Shown: one piece after another, positions 37,430-50,851 of the stretch
How the letters are laid out: every line of letters starts with the position of its first letter
Position numbering within the stretch: position 1 is the stretch's first letter
Assembly: GCA_030390025.1 (NCBI GenBank)
Contig: JASTWF010000048.1
Location: 1,798,001 to 1,862,000 of the forward strand
DNA: 64,000 bases
DNA from: Squalus acanthias
Lineage: Eukaryota
Direction of reading: 5' to 3'
Position numbers and translations under genes: made by a program
The notes under the pieces: generated by a model
Told to the model about the DNA's origin: nothing
Seen by the model: the letters and a program-made list of their open reading frames with translations, nothing else
The model's database searches: none

Positions 37430-38730
37430 GCTCTGATTGGCTACCGCCCCTCATAATATGATTGCTCCATCACAGTCTGATTGACAACCTCCGCCTCCTC
37501 AGAGTCTGACAGACAACACCACATCCTCACATTCTGATTGACATCCCCGCATCCTCACATTCTGAATGACAGCCCCGCCTCCTCAGAGTCTGAATGACAG
37601 CCCCGCCTCCTCAAAGTCTGAATGACAGCCCCGCCTGCTCACAGTCTGATTGACAGCATCGCCCTTTCACAATCTGAGTGACAGCCCCGCCTCCGTAATG
37701 TTTGTTGTGTCAGCCCCAGCACTTCAAAGTCTGATTGAAGCCCTGATCTGCATCAGTCTGATGGGCAGCCCGTCCCCGCGCCTTTCGAGCCTCACGGACA
37801 GCCACGGGCTCACTCGCAGTATGCTAAACAGCCTCGCTCCTCATAATCTGATTAAAAGTGCCGCCCCCTCCAATCTGATTGCCAGCCATGTCCAGTCATC
37901 GTCTGATTGAATGCTCCACCCCTCAGTCTGAAGATAGCCCCGCATCCTCAGGGTCTTATTGGAAACATCCCGTCCCCGCACCTCCCTCCCTCAAAGTCTG
38001 CTTGACAGCATTGGCTCTCTCACAGTCTGATTGACAACCTCCGCCTCCTCAGAGTCTGACAGACAACACCACATCCTCACATTCTGATTGACATCCCCGC
38101 ATCCTCACATTCTGAATGACAGCCCCGCCTCCTCAGAGTCTGAATGACAGCCCCGCCTCCTCAAAGTCTGAATGACAGCCCCGCCTGCTCACAGTCTGAT
38201 TGACAGCATCGCCCTTTCACAATCTGAGTGACAGCCCCGCCTCCGTAATGTTTGTTGTGTCAGCCCCAGCACTTCAAAGTCTGATTGAAGCCCTGATCTG
38301 CATCAGTCTGATGGGCAGCCCGTCCCCGCGCCTTTCGAGCCTCACGGACAGCCACGGGCTCACTCGCAGTATGCTAAACAGCCCCGCTCCTCATAATCTG
38401 ATTAAAAGTGCCGCCCCCTCCAATCTGATTGCCAGCCATGTCCAGTCATCGTCTGATTGAATGCTCCACCCCTCAGTCTGAAGATAGCCCCGCATCCTCA
38501 GGGTCTTATTGGAAACATCCCGTCCCCGCACCTCCCTCCCTCAAAGTCTGCTTGACAGCATTGGCTCTCTCACAGTCAGATTGACAGTGCCTCCCCCGCA
38601 CAATCTGGATGAAAACTTTGACTCTCTCAGTCTAATTGAGAGCCCCGCCCCCTCACACTCTCATTGATATCTTCGGCTTTCTCACAGTCTGATTGACAGA
38701 CCCGCGCCCAATCCATCTGATTGAAAGCCC
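37430..38730. repeat. Degenerate ~25-bp TCTGATTGACAGCCCCGCC satellite containing a near-perfect 550-bp tandem duplication
   Basis: ORFs 37650-37910 and 38200-38460 are offset by 550 and differ at one residue. Confidence 0.9.
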
Positions 38731-38829
38731 CGGACTCCCTGAACGGTTCAGGTGTTTGAGACGAAAAGCGATGGTTACTTCATTGACGGGGGTTGTTGTC
38801 ACGGCGCTGGACGTTTGTGAAACGCTGCG

Positions 38830-39783
38830 CTCCATCACCAGCCGCACAGAAATAAACCGCCGCGTCTGCCGCTTTGACTCCGTCTATCTGCAGCCCGGAT
38901 TTCTTATTGTCCACACTCCGGGTGATGGTAAACCCAGAGTAACAACCTTCTTCTTAGTTAGCTTGGCTCCCCATCACACTGTACCCGATCAGTGCCAGGC
39001 CCTCTCTGGGGTACTGCCGATACCAGAGCATGGTACAGCGGGCGGTTCCGTTCTGCTAAAAGTTCAATTCGGCGGCTCCTCGCTGCGTCACGGCGAGCGT
39101 GCCGGGCCACTGATGCACCACGTCTCCCGAGGAACCGGCTGCAAAACATTCGGAGGATTAGAAAAACTGGTTAGACCTTGTGAGCACAAGGGCTGAAATC
39201 ATGTTTGTGAATAGTTTGCATGATCAGCAAGAATGTAAATGACAGTCAACCTTGAAGTTACCCAAAGGAAAGAAATCCTTTACGGTAAAACAGGCCATAC
39301 TGAACAAAATACAGAAAATAAGACATTTAACTTGCATCAAGGACAGCCATAGTTAGATTAATTCACACGTTTAGATGGTAAGGATGTATTAATTGCACCA
39401 CTATCAAAGAAGAAGCTAACCAATTAGTCCCACTCCCCTGCGGTGGCCCAGAGCCTTAAAAAAAATGTTTTTTTCAAATATGTATCTAATTTCCTTTTGA
39501 AAGTTAATATTGAATCTGCTTCCACCAGACTTGCAGTCAGTGCATTCCGGATCGTAACAATTTGCTGCATAAAACACAATTCTCCTCATCTCGCCCTCTG
39601 CTTCATTTGTCGATTACCATTATCACATGTTACTATGTTAATCCCACGATATGTTTCATTTTAATATATATCTTAACAAGAGACATTATGTCGAAAAATA
39701 TAATTCTACAGTGGTTTCAATAAGTCACCCTGCTTACACTGCACCAGAAGGACAAAAGTGAGGGCGAGAGAATCTAAACGCAT
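38830..39783 (-). pseudogene. TRBV: V11: TRBV pseudogene (leader 39738-39783, V exon 38830-39138)
   Basis: Leader MRLDSLALTFVLLVQ; V ..HQWPGTL..ELNF*QNG..MLWYRQYP..AN*EEG..DAAVYFCAAGDG (first Cys lost, two stops). RSS CGCAGCG-23-ACAACAACC (38791-38829). Confidence 0.9.
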
Positions 39784-41899
39784 TTTAGTACAAAACATAA
39801 TTCAGAGCCCGCCAGCTTCTGGGTCGCCCAGGGAGCTGCTATGGTCCTTAATTGTCGCTTCCTGCGACCGGTTGTGACGTCCAGGCAACGTTAATTCTAC
39901 CTCTTGCAAAACGATGAGGAGGAGAGAGGCTCGAAGGGCCGAATGACCTACTGCTGCTTCTATTTTTCTATGTTTCTATGTTGGTACAATCCACCACCCG
40001 TCTGAATTTTGGCTTTGCATTTGTATCTATGTGAGATGACAAAGCGAATCTAGTTCTAATCCCCCTCCATTTATTGACTCATCCCCTCACTCCCCTGACT
40101 TTGGCGAATTCGTCGGATAAAGTGGGCGGCAGTGCATTGACAGCCCAATATAGACATCCGCCCAATTTCCCCTCTATTGACTTCAATGGTCGAGGCGAAC
40201 ACCATAGCTGGATTTAAGGTGAAGCTACATACGTACATGAGCGAGAAAGGAATAGAAAGATATGCTGATACGGTGAGATGGAGTCAGGTGGCAGAAGGCT
40301 CGTGTGGCGCATATACACTGGCAATGACCAGTTGGGCCGAGTGACCTGCTTCTGTGCTGTAAATTATATATAATTTTAAGTAATCTGGAATTTAATCTAA
40401 TGCAGCGTCGTTATACAAGTGCAAGTTGTTGTTGTTGCATGATGCAGCGGTTACAAATCCATGAATGTATCTGAAGGTTTCGGATACGTCAGCTGTTTTA
40501 CAACACAACAACTTGTATTTATATAGCGCCATTAAAGTCGTAAAGCGTCTCAAGGCGCTTCACAGGAGTATTATAAGACAGTAAATTGACACCGGGCCAC
40601 ATAAAGTGAAATTAGGGCAGGTGACCAAAAGCTTGGGTGATGAGTAGGTTTTAAGGAGCATCTTAAAGGATGATAGAGAGGTAGAAAGGCGGAGAGGTTT
40701 AGACAGGGAAGTCCAGAGCTTAGGGACTAGTCTAACAGAAGACATGGCCACCAATGGTTGAGCGATTATAATCATGGATGATCAAGAAGGCAGAATTAGA
40801 GGAGCGCAGATATCTCGGGGTGTTGTGGGGCTGGAGGAGATTACAGAGATAGGGAGGGGGAGAGGCCATGCAGGGTTTTGATAACAAGAATGAGAATTTT
40901 GAAATCGAGGCGTTGCTTATACGGGAACCAAGATACGTCAAAGGGCACAGGGATGATGAGTGAACAGGACTTGGAACGAGTCAGAACACGGGGCAGCCGA
41001 GTTCTGGATGATCTCAAGTTTACCTTGAAGCCAGCCAAGAGAGCGTTTTATGTACTGATTGCATGACGACCGACTCATCTGATGCTTTCTTTAGTTGCAC
41101 AAGAGCTCCCTCTGCCGGCGATGGATTCACACAGCTAAAATTCTGAACATTCAACTGTATCGCCCACAAAGAGCAATGAGGTGAATGGCCAGATAATCAG
41201 TTTTTCAGTTAAGCATTAATTATTATTGTCCACCTTTAGTTGCCCTGAGGTTATGCAAAGTCAACCTTGCAGTGGGGGAATAGTTTCATCCATGCCTTTA
41301 TTACCTCCAGGCTCGACTACTCCAATGCTATTCCTGCTCGACCTCCCATCTTGCACCCTCCCTAAACACGAGCTCCTACAAAATTCTGCTGGTCGTTTCC
41401 TGACTCGGACCGGCTCCCGTTCACCAATTCACCCACTGTTCTCCCTGACCTACATTGGGTCGAGATCCGACACGCCACGATTCAAAGATTCTCATCCTCG
41501 CATTCAAATCCCTTCAAGGCCTCGTCCCCATCCTATCTCGGTTACCAACTCCAGTCCTTCTTCCTTCCGAGATATCTGGGCTCATCCAATTCGCACCTTG
41601 TGCGCATCCCCGATTTTAATCGTTCCACCATTGGCGGCCGTGCCTTCAGCTGCCTAGGCCCTGAGCTCTAAAATGCCCTCCCTAAATATGCACACCCCTC
41701 CAGCTCTCTCTTCTACTTTGACGTTCCTTAAATCCTAACTATGCCACCAAGAGTTTGGTCACCGGCTCTAAAAAGCGCCTTGGGAAAATATTTTACGTTA
41801 AAGGCGTTATATAATTGTAGTTTATTGTTGCTGTTGTTTTTTGGCGATGCAGGTTAATTTCCCTGAAAGACAGTAGTGAATATGTGATTTCTGAAAACA

Positions 41900-42910
41900 G
41901 CAATCGGGGATCTAGCTCTGGAGAGATGTTTGTGGGTTCGAGCCCTACTCCAGAGACTTGAACAATTAACGTAGGCTGACATTTTCGCACTGTCAGCGGG
42001 GCAGTACTGAGGGAGCGCTGCACTCACAGAGGGGTAGTACTGAGGGAGTGCTGAACTGTCGGAGGGGAAAATATTGAGGGAGTACCGCACTGTCGGAGGG
42101 GCAGTACTGAGGGAGCGCTGCAATTTCGGAGGGACAGTAATGAGGGAGTGCTGCACTGTCGGAGGGGCAGTACTGAGGGAGCGTTGGACTGTCGGAGAGG
42201 CAGTACGGAAGGAGTGCTGCGCTGTCGGAGAGGTAGTACAGAGTGAGTGTTGCACTGTCGCAGGGGAAATACTGAGGGAGTACTGCACTGTCGGAGAGGT
42301 AGTACTGAGGGAGTGCCGCACTGTTGGAGAGGCATTACTGCGTGAGCGCTGCACTGTCGGAGAGATAGTACTGATGGAGTGCCGCACTGTCGGAGGGGCA
42401 GTACTGAGGGAGTGCTGCACTGATGGAGAGGTAGTTCTGAGGGAGCGCTGCACTGTCGGAGGGGAAATACTGAGGGAGTGCCGCACAGTTGGAGGGGCAG
42501 TACTGAGGGAGCGCTGCACTGTCAGAGAGGTAGTACTGAGGGAGTGCTGCATTGTCGGAGGGACAGTACTGAGTGAGAGCTGCACTGTCAGAGGTGCCAT
42601 TTTGCATGTGATGTCAAACCGAGGCCTCGTCTTCTATCACAGCTGGAAGTAAAACATCCAACTGACACTATTGGAAGAAGAGCAGGTGAGTTTTTCCTCG
42701 TGACAATGAAACATCAATAAAACAACAGAATATCTGGTCATGACCGCATTGCAGTTTCTTGTGATCTTCCTGTGGGAAAATTGACGGCCCCGTTTCCTCA
42801 GATTAAAAGAGTGACCAGACTTTGAATAACGTGCTTCATTGGCTGGGAAGCGCTTCGTGAAGCCCTGAGGTCGTAAAAGGCGCTATAGAAATGCAAGTTA
42901 TTTCTTTCCT
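41900..42910 (+). mobile_element. Deu-type SINE with 33-bp minisatellite (~41990-42600)
   Basis: Same head, array and tail; ends just before the V12 nonamer. Confidence 0.8.
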
Positions 42911-42971
42911 TCTTCAGGCTTCGAGCCGGCTGGGTTTTTGACAGGGCGCTCAACCAGTCTGCAACGCTGTG

Positions 42972-44546
42972 CGTCAGTCGTCGCACAGTAATAGACCGCC
43001 GTGTCTGCAGGTGCGGCCCTGGGGAGCTTCAGATTGGAGTTTCTATCGCCGTTTCCTGTAATTTCAAAACGGGTTTTATCCTTCTCTTCGTAATGAACCG
43101 TTCCTCCGATTTGAATGTATCCGATCAACGTGAGACCCTGGCCAGCCGATTGGCGGTACCAGAGCATGGATTGAGGTGTCGAATCCTGTTCATAGCAACT
43201 TATTGTTGCATGTTTGTCTTCTTCAATCACCAGCGTGGGTGGACTTTGAAGAGGCCTCAATCCGTGTGTTAAATCTAAAAAACAAAACAAATTAAGAGAA
43301 TTCATTAAATCGGTCAGCACAGAATGAGGCCATTCGGACTATAGTGTCTGTGCCGGATCTTTTTGTAAAGCTATCCAATTAATCCCACTCACCTGCTCTT
43401 TCCACATAGCCGTGCAATGTTCTCCCTTTCAAGTCTTCAACAAATTCCCTTTCGAAAGTTACTGTTCAAACTACTTCCATCGCCCTTTCAGGCAGTGGAT
43501 TCCAGGTCATCATAACTCGCTGAGATGAAAAAAATAGCAATTTCTCCTCATCTCCCTCTGTTTCTTTTGTCAACTGTCTTAAATCGATGCCGAATTTGGT
43601 TGTAAACTGGACTGGGTCCGCGACTAGAGCAAGTCATTTGCAGGTGTAGTATTTCCCAACAACATCATATGTCATTATCATCCTATTTCACAATAAATCC
43701 CGCTCACGTATCACCCCTGCAGCACAGACTCACTGACCTACACTGGTTCCTGGTGCTGCAGTGCCTCGATTTTAAAATTCTCAACCTTTGTTTTAAAATG
43801 CCGCCGTGGCCTCTCGCCCCTTCCCTATCTTTGTAGCCTCCTTCAGCCCCATAAGTCACGAGAGCGTTGCACTCCTCCAATTCTGGACTCTCGTGCATAC
43901 CCTCCTCCCTTTGCCCAACCATTGGCCGCCGTGCCTCCAGCAAACCGAGACCACAAGCTTTGTATTTCACCCCATAAACATCTCCAACGCTCTACCGCTC
44001 TCTCCTCCTTTCAGTGGCTGCTTAAAACGTACCTTTTTTCCCTGTCATAATAGCTCCCTATGTGGTTTGGATCAAATTTTGCCTGAATAACTCTCCTGTG
44101 AAGCACCATGGGACAGTTTACTATGATAAAGATGCTATATAAATGAAACGTGTTGTTATTATACAAATATCCGTCTCAAAATGACACTTACAGATGAGTT
44201 CTAGTGAACCTGTTTCTACATTGTTCCTAAATAAACAAATGATCCCCAATTCATAATTTAACGATGTAAATATTAAACAGTGGGTTAGAAATTCGACGGG
44301 CGATAGCGCAAAACGGGCGCTAATCTATTGGCCGCCCGTTATTCGCTTTGCGCCTGATATTCAACTCCGTTAATGTGGTGTAGCCCAAGACGCGATTGTA
44401 CCCACTCTGCCGCATATCTAACGCTGCTAGTTTAGTGAAATCTTGTGTCTAATGGAACACAACGCTCTAAAAAAATATTATTTGAACGCACGATACTTAC
44501 CCGGCAGGAAAAGAGGAAAAGTAAATAAAATTATATCTATTTGCAT
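42972..44546 (-). CDS. TRBV: V12: TRBV segment, apparently functional (leader 44501-44546, V exon 42972-43274)
   Basis: Leader MQIDIILFTFPLFLP; V ..ATISCYEQDSTPQSMLWYRQ..DTAVYYCATTD. RSS CACAGCG (42965-42971)-23-TCAAAAACC (42933-42941). Confidence 0.9.
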
Positions 44547-44656
44547 TATTGGATCGAAGTGGCCGGTTTGATTGCTGCAATGATCGTGATCTCACACCGA
44601 CTGCCTCCGATTCTGACTGACCGGCCCTCCAGGTGCGCACCTGAAACCGAGCCCCC

Positions 44657-44674
44657 GGAAGTGACATCATTTCC
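44657..44674. promoter_or_regulatory. ETS-CRE-ETS element, V12 promoter
   Basis: GGAAGTGACATCATTTCC, ~110 bp upstream of the ATG. Confidence 0.7.
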
Positions 44675-45282
44675 CAGACGACGCAGCCACGTTCAACTGA
44701 TATCTGCCGGACAGAATGTGAGTTCGAGCATCCGTCTTCTCCTGCTATGTTAAAACATACTGAAATTCGTCTTTGGCAGGGGCACAAAATAGTCGGTAGA
44801 TAAGAATTAGTCTTTAACAACAACAACACCAACATCCATCTATATAGCACCTTTGACGTCGTAAAGCGTCCCAATGCGCTTCACAGGAGCGTTGTCAAAC
44901 TGCATGAGCAATGTCGTGATGCGATAGCGAGAGCAAATAGGCTCTTGGGCTGTATGCATAGGGTAACTGATTATAAGACGAGGCATACTTATCCATTAGT
45001 CAGGACGCACTCGGAATACTGTGTCCAGATTTGGTCTGCTCACATGGTGGCAGATATTGAGGCTTTGGAATAGATGCAGAGGAGGGCCTCTCGACTAATT
45101 CCCAGTTTAAAGCATCTTAGTTCACAAGATTGGCTATAAGGGTTGGGCCTCTATACTTCAGAGATGCGTAGACTTACAGGTGATCTGATTGAGGTGTATA
45201 AGATAATAAACGGAATAGATTGTTTTCCAGTTGACAGTTTGTTTCAATTAATAGGTTAGGGAGGACCAGCAGTCATAATTAT

Positions 45283-46090
45283 AGTTGTATCAGGCTATAT
45301 CTAGTATATTGTAGTCTGTGTTGTATGTCGACTTGAATCGGTTCGTGATCTGTAGTCCTTTCGGCATCTTGTCTGCTTTCTTGCATCTCTGTAGAAACGA
45401 TGACGACGAACACCTCGCTAAGGCCTTCCCCACGCCCCCACTACTCGCCTTCAAACAGCCGCCTACCCTCAAACAGACCATCGTTCGCAGCAGATTACCC
45501 AACTTTCAGGAGAACAGCGACCACGACACCACACAACCCTGCACGGCAACCTATGCAAGACATGCCAGATCATTAACACAGATACCATCATCACAGTCGG
45601 GGAACACTTCAGCAGTCAAGGACAGTAAGCCTCCGATCTTCGGGTAAGCGTTCTCCAAGGCGGCCTTCGAGACAGACGACAACGCAAAATCGTCGAGCAG
45701 AAACTGATAGCCAAGTTCTGCACCCATGAGGGCGGCCTCAAACGGGATCTTGGGTTCATGTCGCGCTACATGTAACCTCATCTGACGTAAAGTCATCCAG
45801 ACTCGAGTCGTCGTTGGCTTGTTCTCTCTACAAAGATGCGGCCGGACCTGCTGTGATTTCCAGCAAAAAAAGCTTTTTGTTTCCCATACAGACTCCAGCA
45901 TCTTCCACATTTGACCCCTTGTAACCCCAATTCATTGTCTTTGATGTAATGTATTCCTGACCGAACCGTTTGGACACCATCCACACCTTTGATTGCCGTG
46001 ATTATCTCTCTGCCGATGTGTGATAAAGGGCAGTTAGAAAGATGAACTTAATCATCTGGCAGTGTTCTCTGACTATATATGCTGTGCCTG
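45283..46090 (+). mobile_element. Penelope-like element fragment, with an inverted 5' piece; continues after the CR1 at 50801-50940
   Basis: Minus-frame CKKADKMPKGLQITN next to plus-frame FPTPPLLAFKQPPTLKQTIVRS; a hammerhead-bearing tail resumes at 50801. Confidence 0.7.
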
Positions 46091-49000
46091 AGTGCGAAGT
46101 AGCAGAGAGTGCTGAGTTTGGGTAAGTGTGAGAGTTCTTTAATTGTTAGTTCTCTTTAAATCATTCTTGATAAGAGTACTTAAGCAGTTTAATGAAGGGG
46201 AAAAGTTAAATATTTGGGATTCTATTGGTTTAAGAAGAGTAAAACAAGGTTAAATTGCAGTAGGAGTAAATTGGCACAGCAGGCAGTGGAAACCAGTTTT
46301 CTAATCAATCAGCAGGGGTGACCCATTTGACTGCAAACAAACAAAATTATAAAAAGACCAGTGCTAGTGCGAGCAAGCACTAAGTGCAAGTCAGCAGAGA
46401 GTGCTGAGTTTGGGTAAGTGTGAGTTCGGGTGAGTGGGGTGTAGGGTGCTCTTTTCAAACTTTAACTCTGTGGGTTGTAGTTAATAAGGCCTTTCTGGTG
46501 CAGAGTGACTGTTGGTAAACCATTTCGCTGATGTGATTTAGAGGGATTGATTTAATTTAAATCCAATTAATTAGAGGGGATACTAGCATCTATAATAGGG
46601 CAGAGAGTGTCCACAACTAACAATAAAACAATTTAATTACTAACATAGAAGGAAGCAGGGGATGTCATACTGTTGCGAGATGTGGGAGCCGGTGGAACCC
46701 ATTGAGGCTCACGGTGATTACATCTGTGACAAGTGTCTGCTGCTACAGGAACTCCAGGTCCGTGTTGATGAGCTGGAGTCTCAGCTTCAGACACTGCGAC
46801 ACTTCAGGGAGGGGGAGAAATACCTGGACTCTGTGTTTCTGGAGGTGGTCACACCTATGAAGTTAATTAATTCAGATGAAGCCCATGGTGAGGGAAAGGA
46901 CGGTGTGACTACGAGTGAGGCAGGTACGGGGATCCAGGAGGTAGTATTGTAGGAGCCGCAGCCCTTGCTCTTGTCCAACAGGTTCGAGGTTCTTACTCCC
47001 TGTGGGGACAGGAGCAGGGACTGCAGGGAGGATGAGCAACCTGGCCACCGCACCGTGGAACGGGGGGCCATTCAAGAGGTGGGAGTAAATAGAAATGTTG
47101 TAGTGGTAGGGGATAGTATTATTAGGGGGAATAGATAGAGTTATCTGCAGCCGAGTGCGAGAGTCCCGTAGGCTGTGTTGCCTGCCGGCGCCAGGGTTAA
47201 GGACATCTCCTCTGGGCTGGAAAGAAACTTGCAGTGTGAGGGGGTGGATCCAGTTGTCGTGGTCCATGTTTGTACAAACGACGTAGATAGGACAAGGAAG
47301 CCGGTTCTGTGAAAGGTGAATGAGCAGCTAGCGGTCAAATTAAAAAAACAAAACCTCAAGGGTAATAATCTCTGGATTATTACCTAAGCCACGAGCGAAT
47401 TTGGCTAGGACAAATAAAATTAGAGAGTTAAATGAGTGCCTCAAAGACTGGTGTGGGAGAAATGGGTTTTGCTTCCTGTGACACTGGCACCAGTACTGGG
47501 GCAGGAGGGAGCTGTTCCTTTGCGACGGACTTCACTTGGCCAGTGCTGGGACTAGAGTCCTGGCGGATCATATAACTAGGGCTGTAGAGAGGGCTTTCAA
47601 CTTACTAGTGGGGGGGGGGGTTCCTAGAGTGTAAATAATAAAAATGACAACAGAGAAGGTCATAGACTTAGGTAACAGTGGGGTAAGTAAAAACCAGAGT
47701 GTGTCAGGAAGGGGCAGAAGGTATGGAGTAAAAGGTAAAGTAATAAAAAGTGCAAAAGCAGGAACTAAGTGTCACAAAACATATTTGAAAGTTCTCTATC
47801 TGAATGCACGTAGCATTCGTAACAAAATAGACGAGTTAATGGCACAAATAACTACATATGGGTATGATCTTGTGTCCATTACAGAAACATGGCTGCAGGG
47901 TGACAATGCCTGGGAATTAAACATACCAGGTTATTTAACGATCAGGAAGGACAGGCAGGAAGGAAGGGGAGGTGGGGTGGCTATGTTAATAATGGAAGGA
48001 ATAACTGTAATGCAGACAAATGATATTGGGTCAGAAGATCAGGGTAATGAAACAGTTTGGGTGGAGATAAGGAATAATAAGGGAAAAAAAACTAGTGGGC
48101 GTAGTCTATAGGCCTCCGAACATTTGCAACTCTGTTGGATGGAGTATCAAACAGGAAATAGTTGAGGCTTGTAATAAGGGAACAACTATAATTATGGGGG
48201 ATTTTAACTATCATATTAATTGGACAAATCAAATCGGGCAGGGCAGCCTTGAGTGTATTAGGTGTGGGTTTCTTGAGCAGTATGTAACTGAATCGACCAG
48301 GGGGCAAGCAACCTTAGATCTGGTCCTGTGTAACGAGACAGCATTAATTAAAAATGTCCTAGTAAAGGATCCCCTTGGAATGAGTGACCATAACATGGTT
48401 GAATTCCATATTCAAATAGAGGATGAGAAGGTTGTGTCTCACGCATGTGTGCTAAGCTTGAATAAAGGAGACTGTGAAGGTATGCGAGCGGAATTGAGTA
48501 GAGTGGATTGGGAAAATAGATTAAAGGGTAAGCCGATACATGATCAGTGGTGTACATTTAAGGAGCTTATTTTACAAATTCCAAAAAATATATATTCCAC
48601 TGAGAAGAAAAGGGTGTAAAAGAAACGACAGTCATCCGTGGCAAAGTAAAGAGATTTAGGATAGTCTTCGACTAAAAACAAGGACTTATAAGGTAGCCAA
48701 ATCTAGTGGGAGGATAGAGGATTGGGAAAACATTAAAAGACAGCAAAAAATAACAAAAAGATTGATGAAGAAAGGGAAGATAGATTATGGAAGTAAATTA
48801 GCAAACAATATAAAAACAGTTAGTAAGAGTTTTTATAGTTATATAAAAAGAAAAAGGGTGGCTAAAGTAAATGTTGGTCCCTTAGAGGGTGAGACCGGGA
48901 AATTAATGGTGGGAAATATGGAGATGGCAAATACACTGAATGAATATTTTGTATCAGTCTTTACAGTAGAGGATACTAAGAATATCCCAGCACTAGACAA

Positions 49001-50800
49001 ACAGGGGTCTATAGGGGGAGGAGCTAAACACGATCAAAATCACTAAGGAAGTGGTACTCGGTAAAATAATGGCACTCAAGGCGCATAAATCACCCGGACC
49101 TGATGGCTTACATCCTATGGTCTTGAGGGAAGTGGCGGTAGGGATTGTGGATGCATTGGTAATAATTTTCCAAAACTCCCTGGACTCAGCAAAGATCCCG
49201 GCAGACTGGAAAAATGCTAATAAAGCACCCTTATTTAAAAAGGGCAGTAGACAGACGGCTGGAAACTATAGACCGGTTAGCCAAACATCTGTGGTAGGTA
49301 CAATTTTGGAGTCCATTATTAAGGAGACAGTAACGGGACATTTGCTTAATCATAATTGAATTGGACAAAGTCAGCATGGTTTTATGAAAGGGAAGTCATG
49401 TTTGACAAATTTGCTGGAGTTCTTTGAGGAAGTAACCTACTGGGTGGATAAAGGTGAACCAGTGGATGTGGTGTATTTAGACTTCCAAAAGGCATTTGAC
49501 AAGATGCCACACAAAAGATTATTGCTTAAGATAAAAAATCACGGGATTGCGGGTAATATTTTGGCATGGATAGAGGATTGGCTATCTAACAGAAGGCAGA
49601 GAGTTGGGATAAATGGTTCATTCTCAGACTGGCAATCAGTAACTAGTGGTGTTCCGCAGGGGTCAGAGCTGGGTTCCCCAACTCTTTACAATCTATATTA
49701 ACGATTTGGAGGAGGGAACCGAGTGTAACATATCAAAGTTTGCAGCTGATACTAAGATGTGAGGGAAAGTAGTGCGTGAGGAGGACATAAAAAATATGCA
49801 CGGGGACATAGACAGGCTAAGTAAGTGGGCAGAGATTTGGCAGATGGGATACAATACTTGAAAGTGTGAGGTTATGCACTTTGGTAGGAAAAATAGTAGA
49901 GCAAGTTATTATCTTAATGGCAAGAAACTGGAAAGTACTGAAGTACAAAGGGATCTGGGGGTCCTGGTGCACGAAACTCAAATCGTTAGTATGCAGGTGC
50001 AGCAAGTGATTTAGAAGGCCAACGGAATGTTGGCTTTCATTGCTAGGGAAATAGAATATTAAAATAGGGAGGTATTGCTTCAGTTGTACAAGGCCACACC
50101 TGGAATACTGCATACAGTTTTGGTGTCCATACTTAAGAAAATACATACTTGCTCTCGAGTCAGTACAAGGAAGATTCACTCGGTTAATCCCGGGGATGAG
50201 GGGATGGACATATGAGGAGAGTTTGGGTAGATTGGGACTCTACTCATTGGAGTTCAGAAGAATGAGAGGCGATCTTATTGAAACATATAAGATTGTGAAG
50301 GGGTTGGATCGGGTGCATCCGGGGAGGATGTTCCCGATGATGGGTGAAACTAGAACTAGGGAGCATAGTCTTAGAATAAGGGGCTGCTCTTTCAAAACTG
50401 AGATGAGAAGGAACTACTTTACTCAGAGGGTGGTAGGTCCATGGAATATGCTGCCCCAAAAAGATGTAGAAGCTACATTATTACATAAATTTAAAACAGA
50501 AATTGACAGTTTCCTGGAAGTAAAGGGAATTAAGGGTTACGGGGAGCGGGCAGGAATTTGGACATGAGTCAAGGTTCGGATCGGTCATGGCCCTGTGGGT
50601 AGCGGAGCGGGCCCAGGGGCCGTGTAGCCTGATCCTGCTCCGATTTCGTGTGTCCAATTCTGTTAGGTTCAGGAGATGGTTCTGTGATAGTAGTTTGGCG
50701 GTTAGGATCAGATCAGCCATGATCTTATTGAACGGCGGAGCAGGCTCGAGGGGCGAATTGGTCTACTCCTGCTCCTATTTCTTATGTTGTTATGTTCTTA
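46091..50800 (+). mobile_element. Near full-length degenerate CR1 LINE (ORF1 Cys-rich/coiled-coil/esterase; ORF2 APE endonuclease plus RT)
   Basis: ORF1 pieces C.MWE..ICDKC and VVGDSII; ORF2 pieces YLNARSI, ITETWL, VYRPP, MGDFN, KSPGPDG, NYRPVS, LDFQKAFD, GVPQGS; CR1 3' end ..GCTCCTATTTCTTATGTT. Several frameshifts and stops. Confidence 0.92.
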
Positions 50801-50814
50801 TACATCTCTTCACT

Positions 50815-50851
50815 TCACCTGACGAAGGAGCAGCGCTCCGAAAGCTTGTGA
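50815..50851 (+). ncRNA. Minimal type I hammerhead ribozyme (Penelope-type)
   Basis: TCAC-CTGACGA-A-GGAGC(AGC)GCTCC-GAAA-GC-TT-GTGA: intact core, stem II, stem I pairing TCAC/GTGA. Confidence 0.85.

Noticed and set aside
38693-39196. 167-aa plus-strand ORF, and similar antisense ORFs over other V exons
   Set aside because: Antisense shadows of GC-rich V exons with no recognisable domain.
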